The notes beneath the pieces were generated by a model. That model was not told the DNA's origin, made no database searches, and worked only from the letters and a program-made list of their open reading frames with translations. From Auanema rhodensis (Eukaryota > Animalia > Nematoda): a stretch of 64,000 bases of DNA. The position numbers and the translations under genes are program-made. The stretch lies in the NCBI GenBank assembly GCA_964057225.1, contig CAXKVF010000094.1, positions 1 to 64,000 of the forward strand, written 5' to 3'. Shown here piece after piece: positions 40,801-47,604 of the stretch. The stretch's first letter is position 1; every line of letters starts with the position of its first letter.

Positions 40801-43800
40801 TAAAGGCCAGACGAGCTGTCAACCCTTCATATTCAATTATTGATTGGGTTTCAGCACATCCCGAGAAGTTTTATTTCTTCTTAAGAAGTCCCGTATCTGA
40901 TAAATCCATACAACGTTTCCTTCAAACATACGAAATACACGACCCTGAGGAAGCAATACTTTATTTTCTTGCGCAAAAGGAACTGGCAGCAACCACTCGC
41001 GGCGCTATACGGTATTTAACCTCACAACAATTATTAGAACAGATAGGTGATAGATTAACAGCACACGAATTTGACGAAAAACTACTAGAAAAGGACGGAT
41101 CCTACCGTGAAAGAGCCGAAAGCATAGCGATGGAGCTAGCTTATACACCGGTAATATTTGAAAACAATCTGTCGGTACCATCGAGGCAAGAGGTTTTAAA
41201 ATCCTTTGTGAACATGCCGCCTATCCGACCAACTTTAACAACTGACAATGCTGATGAGCGTATAGTACTTAGAAATACTCTTTACTTATACCATAACTTG
41301 ATGACATTGCGAGTAATAAGGCCAAATAAAACAGCAGCAGCCGTAGATGATGAAAAGTTCCGACAATTAACAATCAATGTGCCAGATACCAACAAACTAT
41401 ATCGAGATAAAGATTCGAACTACGGTATATCGATAGGCCCCCACCCTCGCATTCAAACTCCAAGCGCGGATACACGCCAGCTACTTATAAAAACATTTTT
41501 ACCACTGTTAGAGGATATTGAAACACCGCCTTATCTGACTAGAAGACTGTCATTAACGACAACAACGGACAAACCCGCTTCACTAGTTCAGGAGACAACT
41601 ATAAGCTATACGACTCGGATTCCGACGACAACCATAGTTGACACGACAATAGCCGTGATAACTACGACTCTCTCGCCAACAACATTAGCAACAGTCACTG
41701 ACACGGCGTCACGAACCTTAAGGAAACAAAGAACATCATCTCCACCCGTAGAAACCAGAGAAATTCAGGCTCAGGCAACGTATACAGCGTCAAAAGTGAA
41801 CAACGAAATACAATTCAACCTCAACGTATCTCGCAGAATAGCTCAAGATCATCTACAATATACAACAACACTCATACAAGAAGAGCTACAGAAACATTTT
41901 ATGGAATCTTATGAATCCATATGTGAGATTCAAAATAGATACCTCGAGCTATGGCGTTCTATTTTACACATAGAACCCACAATAGCAATGAGGACTATTT
42001 TAGGAAGAGAGGATATTGCAGCCCGTTTCGTAGGCAGCGATATAGTTCATGTTCATATATGCCTACCTCTTCAACCTAAAGCTGTTTATCATAATCATAA
42101 GATCAATGATACATGCTATTTGGAAACACCAGTAATAACAGAAGATGAGAGATTATATTTTGCTGCTCCAGGATCAAGAGACTTATTAACACATGGAAAA
42201 GAGATAGATTGCGAACATGTACCAACAGATGTGTACTATCAAAATGGAGAATGGATAAATATAAATGGATCGGTTGAAGTAAAACCAATATCACTCTTTG
42301 ATAAAGCGCAATACCACCAATTAACACCTTTAAAGTTCACAGGCGCTAACTTATACACCAATTTATCATTGAGAGTTTACTCAATGTCAACAGCTATTGC
42401 ATATGGAGCAAGTTTAGCATCCATACGACAGAACCATGTTTTACATACTATTCACAACGATCCAAAGATTACGTCAGCCTTTAATCTTTTGAAAAAGGGC
42501 AGTGACTATATCTCTAAAGCAGCTGAGTTCACAACTTCCGCCTGGACTAGCGTAAAACAATTTCTAATAGGTTCAATTGAGAGAACACTCATCTTCATAG
42601 GATCAATAGTCACGATTGCCGCAGTATTAATAATTCTTTTCGTTGTTGCTAAATTTTGGTTCTTCAGAGCCACTCCACTAACCGTAATGCATGTCCACGA
42701 AATAGATAATGAGCCCCCAAGCTATGAAGAAACATTGGAACTTGTAAGCCGCCCAGACCAACAGATGCCAGATAACATCATGAAGCAATACTATCCTGCT
42801 TTAGTAACATTTATTCCAATCGCAATACCATTTGTTGCTTCTATTGCATCAGCGGAAACAAAGTTACCATTAATATATATATCAGTTGAAGATAAACTGA
42901 TTTTAGCTTTATGGGATTCAGGCTCATCAGTGTCATATGTTAGGCTCTCCACCCTCAAATATCTGAACATGGCCGAAAATGTCAAGAAGAGACATTTAGT
43001 AGCGATGGCAGCCAACAAGTCCACTTTCACATTTTATGGAAAGATAAATCTTGTAATTGAAATTGCCGGTTACGAGATCGAACACACCTTTTTGGTCTCA
43101 AACGATCATGACTGTCCTGCTCCCGCTTTAATTGGACTAGATTTCATGAAAGCGCTTGACAGCGAGAACATCGACGTCAGCCTTAAACCATCCAAGAAGA
43201 GGTTGGAGATTGGAAACAATGCCATCCCATTAATAGGAAACGAATCTATTAAGCATACGGAGATAACTGTGAATATCATTAATTTAAGAACAAAAACATT
43301 AAAGCCTGATGAAGAGGCACCTATCCCAATAAGGACAGATAAACCACTAGAATCTAACGAAGTGGTTGTCTTAGGGGATAGTGGAAGCGCATTAAAATCA
43401 TTATATCCAACTGCGTTTCGTGATACCAGTGGAGTATATGTTATGTTCCGTAACGATACCGATGAAACAATAGCTATGGAAGCTAATTCAGTCATCGGAC
43501 AGGCAATAATTGGAGAAATTCCGGCTTGTGAACCCTTTAAGCATAAGCCAATTCTACCATATGTTCCGCCAGAAGCCGATTGGGAGAGTAAACTACCATA
43601 TTTTCCAAGAGACTTCATAAAAGATCTTGATCTAGAGAATGCTGATCTCACGAAAGAAGAAAAACATGAGCTTACAAAAATAATTGAAAGCCATCGTGAG
43701 GCATTTCTTAACGAGGACAGGAAAATAGGATTATTTAAAGGTCCTATAGAGCATACCATACCATTGAGAACAGATATGGATATGCCAAAGCCGAGAATAA

Positions 43801-46538
43801 CACGTATTCCCTTAGGAAAACAGGAAGAAATTGAAAAGCAAGTCAAAGAAATGCTTGAGCAAGGCATAATAGAGCCTTCTACATCTCTATTTAATAGCCC
43901 TGTAGTACTAGTTAAGAAGAAAGATGACACGTATAGGTTTGTGACAGATTTTCGAGCTTTAAATAATGTCACACGCAAGCAAACTTATGTCATTCCAAGC
44001 ATTTCTGACATAGTTGATTTGGCAGCAGGCGCCCAATTTTTCTCAAACTTCGATTTAGTGTCAGGATTTTTTCAAATATCCTTGAGAAAATCAGATCGAC
44101 CACTAACAGCATTTACGACCACATCCGGCACATACCAGTACAAACGGATGCCGATGGGCCTTTGTGGAGCCCCTCATACCTTTCAAACAGCAGTAAGGTA
44201 TTTGCAAAGTAAATGTTCTTGTAAACTATTTGTTTATTTGGACGATCTATTAGTTATATCTGATACAAGAGAACAACATCTCAAAGATATCGATGATTTA
44301 CTGCAAGCAGTAGAAGAATTGGGAATGAAGATAAAGCTTAAGAAATGCGCTTTTGCTCAACCAGAAGTGAAATTTCTAGGACTTATTGTAGGACGTCAAG
44401 GTATAAAACCTGACCCTCAAAAAGTCGCCGCCATACAAGATTATCCGGCACCAAAGAATGCAACAGGTGTACGAGCATTCTTGGGAATGGTTGGATTCTT
44501 TCGCAAATTCATGAAAGATTTTGCACGTATCGCAAGCCCTTTATACGATCTGACAAAGGCAGATACTGAATTCAAATGGGAAAACAAACATCAAGAAGCT
44601 TTAGACCTCCTTAAAAGAAGTTTAATACAGGCACCCGTTTTAAGCCCACCTAAATCGGACCGCTTGTTTATAGTTGAAAGCGACGGTAGTAACATCGCCA
44701 TAGGTGCTGTATTATTACAACCGGAAGATCCAAAACAACCTCTGAAAAATCTACACCCTATCGCATTTGCAAGCAGAAAACTAGTTAAAGCCGAACGTAA
44801 CTACGCACCAATCGAGATAGAAGCATTAGGCCTTGTATATGCATTAAATCAATTCCGTACATACATTCTTGGAACTCATACTATATGTATTACGGACCAT
44901 CGACCTCTTACCAGCTTAATGACACGCAGAGACTTATTTGGTCGTCTTGCGAAGTTCCAGCTGGTCATCCAAGAATATGATATTGAAATAAAATATCGCG
45001 CAGGCCAATTAAATAAAGTATGCGATGCTCTATCTCGATATATAGGTGAAGAAGCTAACGATGCTAAGCCGGAAACAAAGAAGAAGAAAATGGAAGAAAT
45101 TCACATTAACGCCATAAATACACCAACAATAAAGGAAATTCAACTAAGCACCCCTTGGATTAAACGGACGATAGCGGAGATTGAATATAGAGCACAAAAG
45201 AACATGACAGCTAATGACAGATATTGTGTCATAAATGACTTGCTCTATACAAAACCAACAGACAAAAAGCCACAACCCGCTATCGTAATACCACAAGAAC
45301 ACCCCATAATTGAGGAAATAATCAAAGTTTTTCATGAGGATCCTACAATTGCAGCACATCAAGGAATTATTAAAACAAAAGAAGCAATTCTAAGAAGATT
45401 CTATTGGACAAATATGCAGAACGACATTACTATATTCATCAAGAACTGCATTAAATGTGCTCAAAGAAAAAAAGATCCACATTCCATGACGGTACAACCA
45501 ATAGGTCATTTTGAGATACCAAGCAAGCCATTTGAACGAGTCCACATGGACGTAATGGGACCATTTCCCCCTTCAAAAAGAAACTGTACCTACGTCATTA
45601 CCATGCAAGACGCATTTACAAAATGGTCAACAACAATTGCTGTACCACAAATAACAACGGAAATCACAATTGACCGATTTCTACGACATTTCGTTTACAT
45701 TTTTGGACCACCCCATCGCTTGATCACCGATAGAGGTTCGAACTTTGTATCCAAAAAGTTCGAAGAAATGTGTACTAAACTTGGAATCAAACATGAACCA
45801 ACACTACCACACCAAAAGAACTCAAATGGACAAGTGGAAAGACTTCACAGAACCCTCGAAGAAGGATTAACCCACTACTTAAAAGAGGACCTTAGTGACT
45901 GGGATACTGTATTACCAAAAATCACTTTTGCTATTAACAATATTCAGCACGCGACTACAGGGATTGCGCCTTACATTGCATTATTCGGTAAAGAATGCAG
46001 AATGTCAATGGACGCTGAATTACCAGAAACGATCACCAAAATTCAAGAAATTTCTGAAGAATTACTCCAAAGAAGACCAGATATGGACAAGAGAGACGAA
46101 ATAATAAAGAACCGCATAGCTAAAAATCAAGAAAATGCGAAAAAGAAGAAAGATAGAACGCAAAGAGCACACCATAGAGTCATTCAACCGGGCGACATGG
46201 TGATGACGACTATAAAATCACACCAAATCGGCCAAAAGCTTCGGAAAAGCTATGATGGACCATACGAAGTCATCAACGTAGAAGGATCAAAAGTTCAAAT
46301 CAGAAATTCATCAGGAAAACTACAAGATATCCACAAAGATAACTTGAAAATCTTCTCTCCTGCTTCACAAAACATCTCTTACAACACTCGCGCAAGATTT
46401 CGAGAAAGTCAAGCAGAAGAAGATAGCGACATCGAAATAATAGAAGTGATCAACAGGAACAACAAGGATAGCATAGATACAGAGCCAGAAGATGAAAATG
46501 AAGACGAAATATGGCTTCCGAGGAATGAAGAAGAATAA
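37833..46538 (+). CDS. Gag-Env-Pol single polyprotein (2901 codons from GTG; frame open from 37752; first in-frame ATG at 38832, so the true start is uncertain)
   Basis: Uninterrupted ORF with capsid-like, glycoprotein, aspartic protease (DSG), RT (YLDD), RNase H and integrase (HHCC, DDE, GPY) motifs. Confidence 0.95.
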   Translation: MARRYSSAVPALYPSESSDDIAVASRTRSRTRLLSVQIEEPEQEVKPKVEKTFIPREGTYSPPDNTEEDPDFYIQDYNIQTSASTPKVHSFKSNKKIQKIQKPKQITSNTSPATPHLNLSTLSVNTDNDLSSSFELTLTPQAFSTPIENSQLNKTSSLTIRKSPLSVVTDKLDSKKLDSKKINKRKTNTPRRRSTSNNPVEPNQEITEVLPLSLTTDKFKSKKSLTARLIKVLNLSPGEVTTEQVDNSLHVSSNPTLNKSDSAIPSSSVSIHSTPQATSRVIKLPGKRFSSAAPTISYPTSGNSKKGGKNLTARSSGSKGITSSRTYPEDIPTMTETPRLPGAGKSTIAHALSSPYCPIYDGSRNFRDFVAKFNTFSNALGLVMPERLTILPLLLKNDRAEEAYLELPDKVRTAGPWVTLIEELTSKLCPEYNQDPALITLQNSTQGDLSIDGFAQTLRNLSLNAFSNSDTHKDHILRSTFLRGLKNTIRPGVIRAKPKTFAEAVDSARWEESIANQVADPQALLVNAIERTFPPRRNNGGRGMARGYQSFNNKNYQNYNNYNNYHPNFQNNQNYHKFSKNQKGWNFQNPFARNRNFGDRGRNYQNQNQNGYQRSHNASQNQEMSNNRQRNNSTFRGNNNNRGRGRGSRVNNLTLISPLTLAVALSVILSLVTTAEAYQLCTKATGGALLRPPSLRKCLLPPIKHILRTKVHLYTRNQTAHEWDAWRCSKEIHKMCIRDLLFLRDTNTTIARIEKIPAAECRLAVRDRRWNWSEIKKIDSITYATDEPSFSPGRSFNNELCEEKARLVIERGVMTRMPDETIISNLILNTEGCLAHHGECASDTSIIIWEKQPYEYRCNYIDMSEYDAIIGDGIILLPTTQSALVIDQKEIPKQISSCFKQPIFHTTTGNYILLPQYPNDTNIHVLIEREYKKLPAKRDKRAIAECTVELNKEWIQKQEDFETLILNICPYPFLRPVMSNPGIYQIIPLIKARRAVNPSYSIIDWVSAHPEKFYFFLRSPVSDKSIQRFLQTYEIHDPEEAILYFLAQKELAATTRGAIRYLTSQQLLEQIGDRLTAHEFDEKLLEKDGSYRERAESIAMELAYTPVIFENNLSVPSRQEVLKSFVNMPPIRPTLTTDNADERIVLRNTLYLYHNLMTLRVIRPNKTAAAVDDEKFRQLTINVPDTNKLYRDKDSNYGISIGPHPRIQTPSADTRQLLIKTFLPLLEDIETPPYLTRRLSLTTTTDKPASLVQETTISYTTRIPTTTIVDTTIAVITTTLSPTTLATVTDTASRTLRKQRTSSPPVETREIQAQATYTASKVNNEIQFNLNVSRRIAQDHLQYTTTLIQEELQKHFMESYESICEIQNRYLELWRSILHIEPTIAMRTILGREDIAARFVGSDIVHVHICLPLQPKAVYHNHKINDTCYLETPVITEDERLYFAAPGSRDLLTHGKEIDCEHVPTDVYYQNGEWININGSVEVKPISLFDKAQYHQLTPLKFTGANLYTNLSLRVYSMSTAIAYGASLASIRQNHVLHTIHNDPKITSAFNLLKKGSDYISKAAEFTTSAWTSVKQFLIGSIERTLIFIGSIVTIAAVLIILFVVAKFWFFRATPLTVMHVHEIDNEPPSYEETLELVSRPDQQMPDNIMKQYYPALVTFIPIAIPFVASIASAETKLPLIYISVEDKLILALWDSGSSVSYVRLSTLKYLNMAENVKKRHLVAMAANKSTFTFYGKINLVIEIAGYEIEHTFLVSNDHDCPAPALIGLDFMKALDSENIDVSLKPSKKRLEIGNNAIPLIGNESIKHTEITVNIINLRTKTLKPDEEAPIPIRTDKPLESNEVVVLGDSGSALKSLYPTAFRDTSGVYVMFRNDTDETIAMEANSVIGQAIIGEIPACEPFKHKPILPYVPPEADWESKLPYFPRDFIKDLDLENADLTKEEKHELTKIIESHREAFLNEDRKIGLFKGPIEHTIPLRTDMDMPKPRITRIPLGKQEEIEKQVKEMLEQGIIEPSTSLFNSPVVLVKKKDDTYRFVTDFRALNNVTRKQTYVIPSISDIVDLAAGAQFFSNFDLVSGFFQISLRKSDRPLTAFTTTSGTYQYKRMPMGLCGAPHTFQTAVRYLQSKCSCKLFVYLDDLLVISDTREQHLKDIDDLLQAVEELGMKIKLKKCAFAQPEVKFLGLIVGRQGIKPDPQKVAAIQDYPAPKNATGVRAFLGMVGFFRKFMKDFARIASPLYDLTKADTEFKWENKHQEALDLLKRSLIQAPVLSPPKSDRLFIVESDGSNIAIGAVLLQPEDPKQPLKNLHPIAFASRKLVKAERNYAPIEIEALGLVYALNQFRTYILGTHTICITDHRPLTSLMTRRDLFGRLAKFQLVIQEYDIEIKYRAGQLNKVCDALSRYIGEEANDAKPETKKKKMEEIHINAINTPTIKEIQLSTPWIKRTIAEIEYRAQKNMTANDRYCVINDLLYTKPTDKKPQPAIVIPQEHPIIEEIIKVFHEDPTIAAHQGIIKTKEAILRRFYWTNMQNDITIFIKNCIKCAQRKKDPHSMTVQPIGHFEIPSKPFERVHMDVMGPFPPSKRNCTYVITMQDAFTKWSTTIAVPQITTEITIDRFLRHFVYIFGPPHRLITDRGSNFVSKKFEEMCTKLGIKHEPTLPHQKNSNGQVERLHRTLEEGLTHYLKEDLSDWDTVLPKITFAINNIQHATTGIAPYIALFGKECRMSMDAELPETITKIQEISEELLQRRPDMDKRDEIIKNRIAKNQENAKKKKDRTQRAHHRVIQPGDMVMTTIKSHQIGQKLRKSYDGPYEVINVEGSKVQIRNSSGKLQDIHKDNLKIFSPASQNISYNTRARFRESQAEEDSDIEIIEVINRNNKDSIDTEPEDENEDEIWLPRNEEE
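38832..39788 (+). other. gag: Gag region: capsid-like domain (about 38898-39370) followed by an N/Q/RG-rich nucleocapsid-like low-complexity segment (about 39438-39788)
   Basis: YDGS..F..F...F, Q....I..FA..L..L and FLRGL....R..V....PKTFAEAV..A...E patterns are typical of Ty3/Gypsy capsids. No CCHC knuckle is present. Confidence 0.8.
39789..42665 (+). other. env: Envelope-like class III (herpesvirus gB / chuvirus G-like) glycoprotein domain within the polyprotein
   Basis: Internal signal peptide LTLISPLTLAVALSVILSLVTTAEA|YQLC; 16 Cys; about ten N-X-S/T sequons; furin site RDKR (40644-40655). gB domain III/IV-like block CEIQNRYLELW...EPTIAMRTILGREDIAARFVGSDIVHVHIC...TCYLETPV...IDC (41922-42212). 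TM helix at 42588-42650. Confidence 0.85.
42862..43150 (+). other. Retropepsin aspartic protease domain
   Basis: ALWDSGSSVSYV catalytic motif (D at 42915) and C-terminal ALIGLDF motif. Confidence 0.93.
43746..44400 (+). other. Reverse transcriptase domain
   Basis: SPVVLVKKKD..YRFVTDFRALN, DLVSGFFQI, TAFTT..G.YQY.RMPMGL..AP..FQ, YLDD (44235-44246), KC.F....VKFLG. Confidence 0.98.
44668..45038 (+). other. RNase H domain (Ty3/Gypsy type)
   Basis: FIVESDGS..AIGAVLLQ, PIAFASRKL..AERNY...EIEALG, TDHRPL, DALSR. Confidence 0.95.
45330..46350 (+). other. Integrase (HHCC zinc finger, DDE core, GPY/F module)
   Basis: H(45333)...HQG...CIKC; HMDVMGP, TDRGSNF, NGQVERLHRTL; YDGPYEV. Confidence 0.97.
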
Positions 46539-47227
46539 CAACAAGATAATGCTACGTTATTTAAATTATTGTAACAAAATAACGATGAATTAGAGAAAAA
46601 AAAAATTAATACTAAATAACATTCAAAATAAAAATAGCATTTAATAGAGAATGAGAAAGGAAAAATAAGGCAAATTCTAAACGAGGAGATGTTATGACTA
46701 ATGGTTCCAAGTTACCGTAATCCTATGCGGACTAGAGGACATTTTGACAACCATCCGAGCTCCATGTGCCTCTCCAAATAAGATGAGATAAACACTGGTA
46801 GGCGTATCAACCACAATTTCATCTTAAGTGGTAGTCTCCATTAGTAATCAAGGATTCACTCTGGGAGACATATGGAGACACATTATTAAATCATAATCTC
46901 GGTTCAATTTAGAAATGAGTACTTCTTGAGACCATTAGTCAAAATAATAACATATTCCCATTCATTACTAGCCCCTTATTCTACAATCTCTATTAGGAAA
47001 TGCTTGAATATTAAGATAATTAATTTATGAAATTAATAATATTCTAATTCATCGTCACTTCATATTATATTGAACCCTTCTTATAAATTATTGTAATTTT
47101 GTTTTTATACTAATTAAAACTCTATCATACTATAGTTATTGTGAAGCTAAAACAATTGAACTCTAAAACTCAGTTACATATAAGCCCAAATTTTTGTTTA
47201 AAATATCGCGAGGTCGCGACAATCTTT

Positions 47228-47236
47228 GAAAAAGGG
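47228..47236 (+). promoter_or_regulatory. Polypurine tract
   Basis: GAAAAAGGG lies 2 nt upstream of the 3' LTR. Confidence 0.75.
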
Positions 47237-47238
47237 CA

Positions 47239-47604
47239 CGTTCCATTCGGAGACTCTATATATGTAACTGCAGGGTTAGAGCCAGACCGACTAGAGGAAT
47301 GAGGAATGGCACCGCCTTCCCTCATGCCCCTATTCGGGAGTTCGCCCCTTTGCAAGCCCATGGACGGTTTGCATCTAACTTAGTTAATCTTATATATTAG
47401 TCTTTGTCTTGTAAATGTAGTTTACTTTATACTTGTGTTATTGTATTGTAATGATATTGTATTGTGTATAATAAACCTATATATTTCCTTATCTTATGTA
47501 ATCCTTATGCTCTGTTTCCATACCGCTACACTTATGGAATACTATACGCGTAGTTGAGCAGACTACAATGGTCTGTTCAATATACGTAGGAGCATAATGG
47601 AACG
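47239..47604 (+). repeat. 3' LTR (366 bp)
   Basis: Direct repeat of 35534-35899, preceded by the PPT and followed by the CATC TSD. Confidence 0.97.

Larger units (their letters stand above)
35534..47604 (+). mobile_element. Full-length Ty3/Gypsy (Metaviridae) LTR retrotransposon / endogenous virus carrying an env-like gene, 12,071 bp
   Basis: Two 366-bp direct LTRs, 4-bp TSD, PBS, PPT, and an uninterrupted polyprotein ORF with PR-RT-RH-IN order and a GPY motif in the integrase (Ty3/Gypsy hallmarks). Confidence 0.98.

Noticed and set aside
43106-43978. 290-aa minus-strand ORF
   Set aside because: Lies entirely antisense to the protease-RT region and reads as an S/L/I/F-rich codon shadow with no recognisable motif.
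38132-45362. Other small alternate-frame or antisense ORFs within the polyprotein gene
   Set aside because: Short, overlapping and compositionally biased; expected by chance.
46350-46538. Chromodomain at the integrase C-terminus
   Set aside because: No aromatic-cage or YLVKW-type pattern; the tail is short and acidic.
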